A stretch of 50,000 nt of DNA from Polyangiaceae bacterium (GTDB lineage Bacteria; Myxococcota_A; Polyangia; Polyangiales; Polyangiaceae). Numbering within the stretch: the first letter of the stretch is position 1; every line of letters starts with the position of its first letter. Shown in pieces: positions 1-12,214 of the stretch. The position numbers and the translations under genes are program-made. Where the stretch lies: NCBI GenBank assembly GCA_035063585.1, contig JAPSGB010000033.1, forward strand, positions 1 through 50,000. The letters run 5' to 3'. The notes under the pieces are model-generated. The model worked only from the letters and a program-made list of their open reading frames with translations, made no database searches and had not been told where the DNA came from.

Positions 1-560
1 CCGGCGGCGTCGACCGCGATGGGCGCGATCACCGGGATGAAGCCGTTCGCGATGAGCTCATGGATGATGGTCGGATCGACCCGCTCCACCTCGCCGACGC
101 GGCCGAGATCGACCATCACCGCGGCGCCCGTCGCGTCCCGGGTCGCGACCTGCCCGGCGCGCCGCGCGCGCATGAACTGGTCGTCCTTCCCGCTGAGCCC
201 GACCGCGCGCCCGCCGTGCTTGCAGATGAGCCCGACGATGTCCTGGTTGACCCCGCCGCCGAGCACCATCTCGACGACGTCCATGGTCTCGTCGTCGGTC
301 ACCCGGAGCCCGCCCGAGAACTCCGATTTGATGCCCATGCGCTCGAGGATGCGATCGATCTGCGGCCCGCCGCCGTGCACCACCACCACCCGGATCCCGA
401 CGTAGCGAAGCAGGCACACGTCGCGCGCGAAGCTCTCCTTCAGCTCTTCGTCCTTCATGGCGTGACCGCCGTACTTCACGACGAAGGTGCGCTCGTGGAA
501 GCGCTGGATGTAGGGGAGCGCCTCGTGGAGGATCTTGGCTTTCTCGACCAGCTCGTCCAT
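1..560 (-). CDS. argB: Acetylglutamate kinase (5' part; runs off the window edge)
   Basis: Manual translation from ATG at 560: [35 protein letters not shown]...[11 protein letters not shown]...GLRVTD...GLSGKD, the NAGK motifs. Not in the ORF track because the stop lies outside the window. Confidence 0.95.
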   Translation of the reverse strand, partial: MDELVEKAKILHEALPYIQRFHERTFVVKYGGHAMKDEELKESFARDVCLLRYVGIRVVVVHGGGPQIDRILERMGIKSEFSGGLRVTDDETMDVVEMVLGGGVNQDIVGLICKHGGRAVGLSGKDDQFMRARRAGQVATRDATGAAVMVDLGRVGEVERVDPTIIHELIANGFIPVIAPIAVDAA

Positions 561-692
561 GTCGCGGGGCCTATTACCACTCGCCGCTCGGCGCGTCGCC
601 TCGCGGCGCCGGCCGCGCCGGACCGGCACCCGAAGGCCCTGGCGCCACCCGGGGGCGCGCCGCGGCGCGGGCTGTGGTAGAGCCCGAGCCGC

Positions 693-2123
693 ATGGATAT
701 CTTGATGGTCGCGGCCGAGCTCGGGCCGTGGGTCGCGGAGACGGACACGGCTGGTACGGTCGCGGCGCTCGCCAAGGCGGTGCGTCAGCTCGGGCACGAG
801 GTGACGGTCGCGGTGCCGCGGTACCCCGGCTTCGAGGAGGCCGGGCTCCTGGTCGCGCGCCGGTTGACGCCGCTGCCCTTGCCCGGCGGCGGCGAGGTGA
901 CGGTGTTCGACGGCCAGCTGCCGAGCGGAGTCGGGCTGGTGCTGTTCGACGCGCCGGTGCTCTTCGAGCGGCCGGGCGTGTACGGGGAGGAGTCGGCGGA
1001 CTACGCCGACAACGCGCGGCGCTTCGGGCTGCTCGGGCGGGCCGCGGCCGCGTTCGTGCGCCAGCGCGCGCAGCAGGGCAAGGCGTTCGACGTCCTACAC
1101 CTCTTCGACTGGCCGGGCGCGCTCGCCGCGCTCGCGCTCACCGGGCTCGAGGGCGAGCGGGTACCGAGCGTGCTCACGCTCACCGACCCGCGTCGCCGGC
1201 CGGTCTTCCCGGCGAGCGCGCTCGCGGAGCTCGGGATCCCGCCCGAGCTCATCGCCGGCGCGCCGTCGCACGAGCTCGACGTGCTCGCGCTCGCCGCCGC
1301 GCAGGCCGATACGCTCACCGCGCCCTCGCCCTCGCTCGGGGCGAGCCTCGGCGATCCGGCGCAGGGCGGGGCGCTCGAGCGTACGCTCGGGGAGCTCGGG
1401 AAATCGGTGCTCGGCGTCCTCGGCGGGGTCGACTACGCGCTCTACAACCCCGCCACCGACCCGCTCATCGGCTCGCGCTACGACGCCGAAGAGCCGTCGA
1501 ACAAGGCGCGGGATCGCACGCTGCTGCTGCGCGAGCTCGGGCTCGAGCTCGGGCTCGACGCGCCGCTCGTCGCGGTACTCGCCGAGCCGGGCCGTGACGC
1601 GCGGCTCGAGCTCGCGCTCGCCGCGCTGCCGGCGCTGCTCCGGCAAGAGCTCGTCCTGGTCTTGGCCGGGCCGGGCGCGCACGCGCCCGGCGGCAAGCTC
1701 GCCGCGCTCCGCGAGCGCCACGCCGACCGGCTCGCGGTGGTCGACGCGGGCGACGAGGGGTTCCGTCACCGCCTGCTCGCCGCCGCCGACATCCTCGTGG
1801 ATCCGGCGCTCACGGACGCCTCGGGGCGGCTCATCATGGCGGCGCAGCGCTACGGCGCGGTGCCGGTCGCCCGCGCGACGCTCGCCGCGCGCGACGCGAT
1901 CGTCGACTGCGACGTCGCGCTCGAGACCGGGACCGGGTTCCTCTTCGACGACGCCTCCCCGAAGGCGCTCGAGGGCGCGGTCGCTCGCGCGCTCGCCGCT
2001 TGGCGCTCGCCGGGCTGGGCCCGGCTCCGCCGACGCGTGATGCGGCTCGACCTCGGCTGGGACCGCCCCGCGCGGCGCTACCTCGCGATTTACCGCCAGA
2101 CGCTCGGCGCCGCGGCGGCCTGA
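693..2123 (+). CDS. glgA: Glycogen/starch synthase-like GT5 protein with degenerate catalytic motifs
   Basis: GlgA architecture ([41 protein letters not shown]...ARRY..IY), but KTGGL, RxxxQKG and FEPCGL are replaced. Confidence 0.8.
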   Translation: MDILMVAAELGPWVAETDTAGTVAALAKAVRQLGHEVTVAVPRYPGFEEAGLLVARRLTPLPLPGGGEVTVFDGQLPSGVGLVLFDAPVLFERPGVYGEESADYADNARRFGLLGRAAAAFVRQRAQQGKAFDVLHLFDWPGALAALALTGLEGERVPSVLTLTDPRRRPVFPASALAELGIPPELIAGAPSHELDVLALAAAQADTLTAPSPSLGASLGDPAQGGALERTLGELGKSVLGVLGGVDYALYNPATDPLIGSRYDAEEPSNKARDRTLLLRELGLELGLDAPLVAVLAEPGRDARLELALAALPALLRQELVLVLAGPGAHAPGGKLAALRERHADRLAVVDAGDEGFRHRLLAAADILVDPALTDASGRLIMAAQRYGAVPVARATLAARDAIVDCDVALETGTGFLFDDASPKALEGAVARALAAWRSPGWARLRRRVMRLDLGWDRPARRYLAIYRQTLGAAAA

Positions 2124-2149
2124 CCGGCCCGGCGCTGGCTCCGGGCCGG
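2124..2149. terminator. GC-rich hairpin between convergent genes
   Basis: CCGGCCCGG-8 nt-CCGGGCCGG directly after the glgA-like stop codon. Confidence 0.45.
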
Positions 2150-2151
2150 CT

Positions 2152-3012
2152 TCAATCGCTCGCCGGGTCGGTGGCGCGGAGCGCGTGCGCGAGCCAGACC
2201 GCGCGGAGCGCGACCAGCGCGACCACCACGGCCTGATGCACTGCGAACACCGCGGCGATCCGCCAGCCGGCGGGCTCCTCCACGTGGAGCGCGCCGGTCG
2301 CGATCGCGCCGCCGAGGATCGCCGCGAGGCTCCAGAGCGCCGGCATCAGCCAGCCCACCGTGACGCCGAAGCCGCGCCGGCGAAGCGCGCGGAGCGCGAC
2401 GAGGAGCGCCGCGCGCCCCGACGCCTCTCGACGGACCGCGGCGGCGCTCGCGAGGTCGACCACGACGCCGACCGCGAGCCAGGCGACCGCGCCGAGCGCG
2501 AGCGGACCGAGCGCGGCGAGATCGGCGGCGCGCTCGTCGAGCCGCCCGCTCGCGAGCGAGGCGACCGCGACCGCGGCGAGCGCGCCGGCGACGGCCGCCA
2601 GCGCGCGGGCGAGCAGCCCGACCCCCTGTACGGCGGCGAGCGCGGGGAGGTGGGCGACCGCGCGCGCGCAGGTGGGCGCCGCCCGGAGTTTCCCTTCCGT
2701 GGCGAGCGCCACGAGGAGCAGCGCGAGCGGCGCGAGCCCGAGCGCGCCGAACAGCAGGAGCGCCCAAGCGGAGGTCTCGAGCGTGCGCCCGAGCGCGCGC
2801 TGCCCGAGGCGCACCGCCTCGACGAGGAGCAGCCCGCCCGACTCGAAGAGCGCGGCGTCGCCGTGCGGGAGTTGCCGGGCGCCGCCGCTCACGAGGGCGG
2901 TCGTGAGCGGCTCGGCGAGGAGCCAGGCCGAGAGCGCGCGAAAGAGCCAGACGAACAGGATCACCCCCGGCCGGCGCCGCGCCAGCATGGCGGCCCGCGC
3001 GCGAGGGGTCAT
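2152..3012 (-). CDS. Multi-pass membrane protein, hypothetical
   Basis: Several hydrophobic helices; ATGA overlap with the upstream peptidase stop (3009-3012). Confidence 0.7.
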   Translation of the reverse strand: MTPRARAAMLARRRPGVILFVWLFRALSAWLLAEPLTTALVSGGARQLPHGDAALFESGGLLLVEAVRLGQRALGRTLETSAWALLLFGALGLAPLALLLVALATEGKLRAAPTCARAVAHLPALAAVQGVGLLARALAAVAGALAAVAVASLASGRLDERAADLAALGPLALGAVAWLAVGVVVDLASAAAVRREASGRAALLVALRALRRRGFGVTVGWLMPALWSLAAILGGAIATGALHVEEPAGWRIAAVFAVHQAVVVALVALRAVWLAHALRATDPASD

Positions 3013-5210
3013 GGGCCGAGCGCTCCGAGCGCCAGCTCGACCCCGTAGAGCGCACGCTCGAGCACGCGCAGCGGCGCGGCCGGACGCGCGCGGGTGGCGT
3101 TATCGAACCAATCATCGTCGAGCAGGACGCGTCGCTCGGGATCGACGATGGCGGCGGCGAGCGGCCGAGGCCCCTCGTAGTCGAGGTGTGTCCACTCCTC
3201 GCGCCCGCTCCACCGGCGGCGCACCACCGAGCCGTCGTCGGCGACGAGATCGACGTCGACCGGAAACGACAGGCTCCCCTGGCGAAAGACCAGCACGCGC
3301 CCGAGCGTCCGCGCGGGCGAGGGGGTCGCCCCACGACTTACCACCTCGCGCCCGCTGGCGCCGTCGAAGACGCCGCCGGGCGTCCGCGCCGGGACGCTCG
3401 CGAGCTCGCGCGCGACGTAGTTGACGGTGCCCCGCTCGAAGAGGGCCCGCTCGAGGTTGTCCGCCGCCTCGTCGCCGACCGCCTCGCGGATCGCGGCTAC
3501 GAAGTGACGCGGCCCCGGGTGCTCGAAGCGGTAGCGGCGCGCGTAGCGCCCGAGCGCGCGGAGCACCGGCTCTTCGCCGTAGACGCGCGCGAGCGTGCCG
3601 AGGATGGTGCCGGTGCGCGCGTAGACGAGCGCGCCCATGTGCTGGAAGCTCACGAACCCGGAGGCCGGCAGCGCGACCGGCTGATCGTGTCCGAACGCGA
3701 CCGCGATCGAGCGCCGGAGCGCCTCTCCGGAGATGGTGGCGCCGGGCAGCGAGAGGAGCGAGCCTTCGCCGTAGTGAGCGCGCATCGCCAGGCCCTCCGC
3801 GAACGTGTTCAGCCCCTCGTCGAGGAACGGCCAGGCATGCTCGTCGGTGGCGATGAGGCCGTAGAACCACTGGTGCCCGAGCTCATGGATGGTCACGCTC
3901 TCGACCGCGCGGACCCCGAGCAGCGACGCGTACCAGGGACCGCCCGTGGTGATGAGCGTCGGGTACTCCATACCGCCGGCGTTGCGCGCGTAGTCGGGCG
4001 GGTGCACGACGGTGAGCGTGGGGTACGGGTAGCGCCCGAAGCGCCGCCCGAAGAACGGCAGCGCGAACCTCACCGCGTCGAGCTCACGCTCGGCGTTGCG
4101 CTCGTGGCCCGGCGGGTAGAGCAGTCGCACCGCGACCCCGTCGATGGTCTCGCTCCGCTCCCGGAAGCCGTCCCAGGCCGTCCACGCGAAGTCGTGGACG
4201 CTGTCCGCCTCGAAGCGGTCTATGCGCCGCTCACCTTTGACCGTGCTCGCCACGCGCTCTCCGGTCGCGCCCACCACCATCTGCGCCGGCACGTCGAGCG
4301 TCACCGCGTAGCGACCGTAGTCCGCGTAGAACTCGCTCTGCGGGTGGAACGCGAAGTGCGCGAAGCTTCCATCTGGCTCGAGCCGTGCGAGCTTCGGAAA
4401 CCACTGCCCCGCCATCACGAACGAGCCCGCGTAGCCGGTGCGCTCCACGATGAGCGGCAGCCGCGCCTCCCAGCCGAGCTCGATGGTGATGTGCTGGCCG
4501 GGCAGCACCGCCGCCGGCAACGGCACCCGAATGTCGGTCTGATCGTCGGCGTCACCCGGGCTGTGCGGATCGGCGCCAGGCCAGAGGTCGTCCCCGCCGA
4601 GCTCGCGGACCGCGAGCCGCTCGACGTCGAGGTAGCCGAAGTCGGTGGCCTTCCCGCCGCTCCGGCCTGCCCCGAACGGCGAACGCAGAAAGAGCGTCCG
4701 GTCGTTCTTGAACGCGTTCAGGTAGAGATGAAAGTAGAGCTCACGGAGCGGCTCGCGCGAGGTGTTCCGGAATCGAATCACCGATCGCGCGGAGATGGTG
4801 CGCGCGCTGGAGTCGTAGCGCGCGTCGATCTCGTAGGAGGCGACCTCCTCCGCGCGCGCCGGGAGCGCGCGATCGTCGTCGTAGCGGGGTCCGAGTGTGC
4901 GCGGCGGCGCGCCGGGCCGCAGCGTCTGCACCTCGCCGCTCGATTCATCAGGGCCTCGCGCCGGCCCGGCACCCTCTCCCTCGGCGAGCCCGGGCGCAGA
5001 CGCTCCGTGAGCAGGCTCGGGTTCGGGACGCGCGAGCGGCGGACTCGGGTGGGCTGGGCTCGGCGCGGCCGGCGGCGCGGTGCTCCCGGCGGCCGGCGTG
5101 GCGGGGAGCGCCCGCCGCGCCGTCGCGCCGAGCAGCGCTGCGCCGAGGGCGGCGGTGCCGAGCCCGAGCGCGAGCTCGAGGACCGCGCCGCCGCGCGCGC
5201 GGCGGCTCAT
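3009..5210 (-). CDS. M1 family zinc aminopeptidase, N-terminally anchored or exported
   Basis: GGMEYP exopeptidase motif, HELGHQWF (HEXXH) and downstream LDEG; hydrophobic N-terminus followed by a Pro-rich linker. Confidence 0.9.
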   Translation of the reverse strand: MSRRARGGAVLELALGLGTAALGAALLGATARRALPATPAAGSTAPPAAPSPAHPSPPLARPEPEPAHGASAPGLAEGEGAGPARGPDESSGEVQTLRPGAPPRTLGPRYDDDRALPARAEEVASYEIDARYDSSARTISARSVIRFRNTSREPLRELYFHLYLNAFKNDRTLFLRSPFGAGRSGGKATDFGYLDVERLAVRELGGDDLWPGADPHSPGDADDQTDIRVPLPAAVLPGQHITIELGWEARLPLIVERTGYAGSFVMAGQWFPKLARLEPDGSFAHFAFHPQSEFYADYGRYAVTLDVPAQMVVGATGERVASTVKGERRIDRFEADSVHDFAWTAWDGFRERSETIDGVAVRLLYPPGHERNAERELDAVRFALPFFGRRFGRYPYPTLTVVHPPDYARNAGGMEYPTLITTGGPWYASLLGVRAVESVTIHELGHQWFYGLIATDEHAWPFLDEGLNTFAEGLAMRAHYGEGSLLSLPGATISGEALRRSIAVAFGHDQPVALPASGFVSFQHMGALVYARTGTILGTLARVYGEEPVLRALGRYARRYRFEHPGPRHFVAAIREAVGDEAADNLERALFERGTVNYVARELASVPARTPGGVFDGASGREVVSRGATPSPARTLGRVLVFRQGSLSFPVDVDLVADDGSVVRRRWSGREEWTHLDYEGPRPLAAAIVDPERRVLLDDDWFDNATRARPAAPLRVLERALYGVELALGALGP

Positions 5211-6136
5211 GGAGCGGGCTCGAGCGCGATCACCCGTTGCTCGAGGAGCGTGAACATGATGCGGAGCGCGTCGAGCCGACTCATCCCGCTGATGTCGAGG
5301 ATCTCCTCGACGCTCGAGGCGCCGTCGATGAGCGAGAGGAGGAAGCCCGCGCGATGATCGAGCGAGAGCCAGCGGATCTCGTCGTTCGGGGTGGCTACGC
5401 TCGGGATCTGGGTGAGCTCCCCGAGGCGCGCGGCGTACATCTGGGTGAGGACCTCGCGGCAGCTCTCCGCGTAGCGGAGCGCCTCGGGGTGTCCGGGCGC
5501 GACCTCGAGGAGGCTCTCGGCGACCACCAGCGCGCCGGTGAAGTCGCCCATGGCGTAACGATCCTTCATGTCGCGCGTCGGCTCGTCGGCGGAAGCCGCG
5601 CGTTCGTCGGCGAGGTCGAGCTCGAGCTCGGGCAATTCGACCTCTTCGCTCACGACCGGGGTCGGGCGATCGTCGAGGTCGAGCACGAGATCGTCCTGGC
5701 CCCGTACCGCGGCGCGGCCGGGCCGCTCGGTGCTCGGGAGCCTGGGCTCGAGCGAGCGCGGCGCGGGCGTGCCGGGCGCGCGCTCTTCGCGACGAGCGCC
5801 GTGGGTCGGCAGCGTCTCCTCGCCGAGCGCCAGCGCGCCGCCGCGCGACACGAGCGGCGGCGGCGGCGCGCTCGGCAGCTCCGGCAGCGAGTCGAAGGCT
5901 GGGCGATGGATCCCCTCGGGGCGAGTCGAGCGGAGCGAGCCCTCGCCGCCCTCGCGGGCCGGCGCCCCACTCGGGTCGAACCCTCGCGGGCCGCGCGGCG
6001 CGGGCGCGGTCGGCAACTCGCGCGCGCTCCGCCGCGCCTCGAGCGGCGGGTCGTCGTCCCAGCTCGCGTCGATCGCGTCCGTCATGGGCGGGATCGAGTC
6101 CGGGAGCGGGGTCGGTCGGTTCGAGTTGCTCGACAT
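5207..6136 (-). CDS. Hypothetical protein: disordered Pro/acidic N-terminus, TPR-like helix pair, C-terminal winged-helix-like domain
   Basis: C-terminus FLLSLIDGASSVEEILDISGMSRLDALRIMFTLLEQRVI; coupled to the M1 peptidase by an ATGA overlap. Confidence 0.75.
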   Translation of the reverse strand: MSSNSNRPTPLPDSIPPMTDAIDASWDDDPPLEARRSARELPTAPAPRGPRGFDPSGAPAREGGEGSLRSTRPEGIHRPAFDSLPELPSAPPPPLVSRGGALALGEETLPTHGARREERAPGTPAPRSLEPRLPSTERPGRAAVRGQDDLVLDLDDRPTPVVSEEVELPELELDLADERAASADEPTRDMKDRYAMGDFTGALVVAESLLEVAPGHPEALRYAESCREVLTQMYAARLGELTQIPSVATPNDEIRWLSLDHRAGFLLSLIDGASSVEEILDISGMSRLDALRIMFTLLEQRVIALEPAP

Positions 6137-6152
6137 CGGCTGCCCCCGCTGC

Positions 6153-7979
<1,827 letters not shown>

Positions 7980-8009
7980 GATTGCCTTTCTCTCGTGACG
8001 CCTGGCGGC

Positions 8010-9530
8010 TCACACCTCGTCGCGCTTGATGCGCCGAATCCAGTCCTTGATGGTATCATCGTCGGGCGCGAGGCTTGCGGCTCGCTCGAACTCGCTGAGC
8101 GCGCTCTGGCGCATTTTCGCGGCCAGATAGACGCGCGCGAGGGTCACCCGGAAGCTCGCCAGCTCGGGCGCGGCTTGCACGGCCTGCCGGCAGAGCTCGC
8201 CGGCCTTCCGCAGATCTCCGTTCGCCTCGAGCAGGCAGTAGGCCGCGCGCTCGAGCAGCCGGGGGCTGTCGTTGCCGGTGCTGGCGCGCTCGTAGGAGCG
8301 CGCGGCGCTCGACCAGTCGCGGTTCTTCTCCTCGTAGGTGGCTTGCTCGAGGTAGCTCTCGGAGAGCTGGCGCGTCGCGCGCTCCTCGATCACGGCGAGC
8401 TTCTCCTTCAGCGTGACGTCGGCTGGCGCGAGCGAGGCGGCGATCCGGAGCGCGTTCGCCGCGCTCACCGGCTGACCTTCCACGATGGCCTGATCCGCGA
8501 TCTTGAGATAGCGGTCCACTTGCTGGTCGCGGACCGCGCGCACGCGCTCGTCGTAGCGTCGCCGGAGCTCCTCGGCGACGCGCTCGCGGGTCGCGGCGCC
8601 GTCAGGGGGCGCGAGCGAGGGGGGCGCGCTGCTCGGTCGGAGCCCGCGCCCGAGCTTGCGCGCCAGCGCGCGGCGGCGCTCCTCGGGATCGAGCGCGCGA
8701 ACCACGCGCACCGTCTCCTCGCTCGGGGCGCCCTCGAGGCTCTCGGGGTGAGCGCGCTCGGCGCGCTCGCTGACGCGCGCCTCCTCCTCGATTTGCCGGC
8801 GGACGGCCGCGAGCTCGGCGGCGCGCGCGCGCTCGTCCGCGAGGATGCGGCTGAGCTCATCGGTCCCGCGCTGGAGCCCGAGGTAGGCGTCATACTCCTC
8901 GCGCGAGCGCTTCTTGGTGAGGGTGTCGTGAGCGAGGGTGAACCGCTCGAAGATCCGCTCGAGCTTCGGCTTAAAGCCGCCCAGGCTCTTGCCGAAGTAT
9001 CGATCCGGGTGAAAGACGGACACCGCGCGGAAATAGGCGTCCTTGATGTCCTTCTTGTCCGCGCTCGAGGCGACCTCGAGGAGCGCGTAGTGCGTGAGGC
9101 TGTCGAGCCGATAGAAGAGGTCCAAGATCTGCCGCTTGCGCGGCAGCTCGAGCTCGACCTCCTCGTCGAGCTCCGCCGGATCGTAGAGGGCGGCGGCGGG
9201 GTGGGTGTTCTCGCCCGCGGGCGGGGTGGCCGCCTCGATCACCGGGTGCGCGAGCAGCTGCGACGGGCGCGACGCCGGTCGCGTGCCCGGTGTCGGCCGC
9301 CGGGGCGGCGCGTCGGGCGCGACGAATTCGACGGCGCCGAGACCGGCCAGGCGCTCGAGCACCGCGTCGAGCTGGGCCAGCTCGATACCGCTCGCGAGCG
9401 CGAGCTCGGCCTCGTTGGAGTGGCCGTCCACGCGCGAGAGGATGAACGCCTCTTCCGGCCCGATGGGCAGGCTGCGCGTGTCCACCCCCGACACGAGGCG
9501 AGGCAGGCGGGTTCTAGCGTTCGATTCCAA
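8010..9530 (-). CDS. J-domain co-chaperone with N-terminal wHTH-like domain and C-terminal TPRs
   Basis: HYALLEV...IKDAYF...FHPDRY...AHDTL...R.EYD J-domain; TPR-like helices at the C-terminus. Start uncertain (TTG at 9530 chosen; ORF is open to 9677). Confidence 0.85.
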   Translation of the reverse strand: MESNARTRLPRLVSGVDTRSLPIGPEEAFILSRVDGHSNEAELALASGIELAQLDAVLERLAGLGAVEFVAPDAPPRRPTPGTRPASRPSQLLAHPVIEAATPPAGENTHPAAALYDPAELDEEVELELPRKRQILDLFYRLDSLTHYALLEVASSADKKDIKDAYFRAVSVFHPDRYFGKSLGGFKPKLERIFERFTLAHDTLTKKRSREEYDAYLGLQRGTDELSRILADERARAAELAAVRRQIEEEARVSERAERAHPESLEGAPSEETVRVVRALDPEERRRALARKLGRGLRPSSAPPSLAPPDGAATRERVAEELRRRYDERVRAVRDQQVDRYLKIADQAIVEGQPVSAANALRIAASLAPADVTLKEKLAVIEERATRQLSESYLEQATYEEKNRDWSSAARSYERASTGNDSPRLLERAAYCLLEANGDLRKAGELCRQAVQAAPELASFRVTLARVYLAAKMRQSALSEFERAASLAPDDDTIKDWIRRIKRDEV

Positions 9531-9704
9531 GGGTTCGAAGTCCCCCGACTCAGTCCCAACCCTCAGTCTACAACCCTGCCGCTTTTCTCTGCAATCACCG
9601 ATGATTCGCCGAGCGCAGAAGTCCATCGGGAAAGCGGCGCGGGGCGGGCGCCCTCGCTCGATGACGCGAGGCGTCATCTCGCCCGCGCGCGACGCGCCAC
9701 GAGC

Positions 9705-10202
9705 TCAACCGGCGCACCGCCCGCAGCCGCGGGCGACCCGCTCCTCGGCGGCGCCGAGCCGCGCGCGGGCCGAGCGGCAGCGAGCGCCGGCCTCGGCGCG
9801 CGCGTCGAGCTCGCAGATGCGCGCGGTCGAGCGCCGCATCGAGGCGAGCGCCTTGCACGCGAGCGCGCAGTCGCTGCCCGCCGCGGACAGCTCGCTCTCG
9901 GCGCGCTCGAGGCCGCGCTCCGCCTCCGCGAGGGGCGGGGCCGCGTCTTCCGGGCGGCCGAGCGCGGGCGCGGCCTCGCCGGCGAGCGGCGGCGTGGCAA
10001 AGCGCGGCGAGGCGGTGCTCTCCGCGGGTTCGCGCTCGTCATCGGCCGCCGACCCGTCGCTGGCGGTGGAGGGCGCGCCGTAGCCCTGGGCGCTCGGGGA
10101 GACCGGGGCGGGCGCCGCAGGGCGCTGGGCCGCGCCGCCGCAGCCCGCGACGACGAGCGCGACCGCCCACGCGGGCGCGCGCCGGACCGACCCCACCCTC
10201 AT
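9705..10202 (-). CDS. Putative lipoprotein with Cys-rich C-terminal helical domain
   Basis: MRVGS...LVVAGC lipobox; C-terminus DCALACKAL...RICEL...RC...CGRC; ATGA overlap with the upstream gene at 10199-10202. Confidence 0.7.
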   Translation of the reverse strand: MRVGSVRRAPAWAVALVVAGCGGAAQRPAAPAPVSPSAQGYGAPSTASDGSAADDEREPAESTASPRFATPPLAGEAAPALGRPEDAAPPLAEAERGLERAESELSAAGSDCALACKALASMRRSTARICELDARAEAGARCRSARARLGAAEERVARGCGRCAG

Positions 10203-10804
10203 CGCCCGCCGCCCCCGTCCGGCACGGCCGCGCCGATGACCTGATTCTGAATCGTCATGGCCTGCTCGAAGGCGGCGATCGCCCGCTCCTTGGCCGCCCG
10301 GACCTCCGCGGCGCTCGCGTTCGATTGCTCGAGCGCGGCGGCGCGGCGCTGCTCGACCAGCCCGCGCACCTCGAAGAGGTGACCGCGGAAGTAGCTGGTG
10401 CCGGTCGCGAGCGCGAGGCCCGCGCGGAGCTCGGCGTCGGCGGCGTCGAACTCGCCGCGGCGGCTCTCGAGATCGGCGAGCCGCGCGCGGGTGTCGGCGA
10501 GCACCTCGCCGGCCTCGGCGCGCGGGGTCGCGCCGCCCGGCACTTTGCCATCGACGACGCGGCGAAGCGCCGCGATGGCCTCGGGGAGCTCGCCCGCCTC
10601 CTCGCGGGCGTCGGCGAGGTGGTGCGCGGCGCGCGCGCTCGACAGGAACGCGAGCAGCGCCGCGTCGACCGGCGTGCCCGCGTCCGTCTCGGGGCAGCTC
10701 GTGCTCGGGGCAGGGGGTGCCGGCTCGGCGCGGGAGCACCCGGCGAGGGCGAGCGCCGCGGCGCAGACGAGCGCGAGGGCGAGCGCTGGGCGCCCTCGCG
10801 TCAT
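10199..10804 (-). CDS. TPR-like lipoprotein
   Basis: LAGC lipobox, helical TPR-like repeats, ATGA coupling at both ends. Confidence 0.75.
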   Translation of the reverse strand: MTRGRPALALALVCAAALALAGCSRAEPAPPAPSTSCPETDAGTPVDAALLAFLSSARAAHHLADAREEAGELPEAIAALRRVVDGKVPGGATPRAEAGEVLADTRARLADLESRRGEFDAADAELRAGLALATGTSYFRGHLFEVRGLVEQRRAAALEQSNASAAEVRAAKERAIAAFEQAMTIQNQVIGAAVPDGGGGR

Positions 10805-11415
10805 CGGACCCCCCAGAGCGCGTACTGGTTCGCGCGCAGCTCGCGGGCGCGCTCGCGAGCGATCCGATCGATGCGCGCGGTCGCGCTCGCTCCATCGAAG
10901 GCCTCGCGCGCGAAGAGCGGCGCGGTCGAGCGTGACTGGAGCAGCCGGACCGGCTCGAGGGCGGCCATCTCGGGAGGCGCGGCGCCATGGCCGGACCGCT
11001 CGACCGGGCGCGCCCAGAAGAGCACCACCGCCGCGGCCGCCGCGATGGTCGCCGCGGCCCCGAACCCTACGAACACCACGCTCGCGCGGCGCGGCGCGAC
11101 CGCCCGCGCGAGCAGCCGCTCGCCGGGCTCCGGCCGGAGCGCGCCCGGCGCCGCCGCGGCCCTGAGCGCGCGGGCGAGGGCGGCGTCCGGGTGCTCGCCC
11201 TCGCCCTCGAGCGCACGCCGGAGGGCCTCGCTCTCGGCGAGCTCCGCGGCGCTCGGCGGCGCCAGCGGATCGTCGAGCGCGGCGAGGATGAGCGCCTCGT
11301 TGAGCTCGTCGTCGAGCGGCTCGGGCGCGTACGCCGCGCGGAGCGACTCGGCGAGCGTGCGCTCCGCTTCGTCCGAGAGGAGCGCGACGGGGGCGTCGTC
11401 CGGGGTGAGAGTCAT
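10801..11415 (-). CDS. Putative single-pass anti-sigma factor
   Basis: MTLTPDD start overlaps the ECF sigma stop (ATGA); acidic cytoplasmic N-terminus and one TM helix (VVFVGFGAAATIAAAAAVVLFW). Confidence 0.65.
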   Translation of the reverse strand: MTLTPDDAPVALLSDEAERTLAESLRAAYAPEPLDDELNEALILAALDDPLAPPSAAELAESEALRRALEGEGEHPDAALARALRAAAAPGALRPEPGERLLARAVAPRRASVVFVGFGAAATIAAAAAVVLFWARPVERSGHGAAPPEMAALEPVRLLQSRSTAPLFAREAFDGASATARIDRIARERARELRANQYALWGVR

Positions 11416-12116
11416 CCCGCGCGCTCCGTCTCTTGGGAGAGCGCCTTGCGGAGAGCCGCCATGGCTCGGTGCAGTACCACGTCGAGGGTGCCTACGCTGA
11501 CCTCGAGCTCGCGCGCGGCCTCCTCGCGCGAGCGCTCCTCGAGGACGCGGAGCCGGATGGCGAGGCTGTAGCGCGGGTTCAGGCGCGCGAGCACGCGCTC
11601 GACCCGCTCGCGCGCGATGGCGAGATCGTGGCGCTCGAGCACGTCCGGCTGGCGCGCGTCGTCCCTGGCGTGCTCGAGCTCCCGCTCGAGATCGGCCGGC
11701 TCGAAGAGCACCTCGCGCTTGCGGGCGCGGAGCTGGTCGAGCGCGACGCGGAGCGCCACGACCCGCAGCCACGGGTAGACGCCGACGTCCTGCCAGGAGA
11801 ACTGCGCGAAGCGTTCGACGACCTTCATGTAGGTGACGCTGAGCGCCTCCTCGGCGGCGGCGCGGCTCCCGAGCCGCGGCAGGAGCACGGCGCGGTAGAG
11901 GCGTGGCCCGTGCCGCCGGAGGAGCTCGCCGAGCGCGGCGCGGTCCCCCGCCTGGGCGCGGGCGGCGAGCGCGCGCTCCTCGTCCCGCTCGTCACTCGCC
12001 TCCGCCGCCACGGGCGCGACTCTAGCAAACCGTGGGATCCCGGGGCTCGCTCCGCTCGGGAGCCACGGCAGGGCACCCGAGAAGAGCTCGGCCGAGAGGG
12101 CGGCGGAGGCCGTCAT
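11412..12116 (-). CDS. ECF-type RNA polymerase sigma factor
   Basis: AQAGDRAALGELL, region 2 AEEAL...YPWLRVVA..VALDQLR and region 4 L..LNPRY..AI.LR..E.A..L.VSVGT....LHRA...LR. Confidence 0.9.
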   Translation of the reverse strand: MTASAALSAELFSGALPWLPSGASPGIPRFARVAPVAAEASDERDEERALAARAQAGDRAALGELLRRHGPRLYRAVLLPRLGSRAAAEEALSVTYMKVVERFAQFSWQDVGVYPWLRVVALRVALDQLRARKREVLFEPADLERELEHARDDARQPDVLERHDLAIARERVERVLARLNPRYSLAIRLRVLEERSREEAARELEVSVGTLDVVLHRAMAALRKALSQETERAG

Positions 12117-12124
12117 GCCCTCTG

Positions 12125-12150
12125 AACGGACGAGCGCCCCGGGCCCTTAC
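12125..12150 (-). promoter_or_regulatory. Possible autoregulatory ECF promoter
   Basis: Minus strand reads GTAAG-N17-CGTT, ending 8 nt before the sigma ATG; resembles the generic ECF -35/-10 layout. Confidence 0.3.
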
Positions 12151-12214
12151 GGTCGCGGTCGCGCCCGGCGGTCCGGCTGGGTCGCTCGGCCTTCCCGCGC
12201 TATGACCCCCCGCG

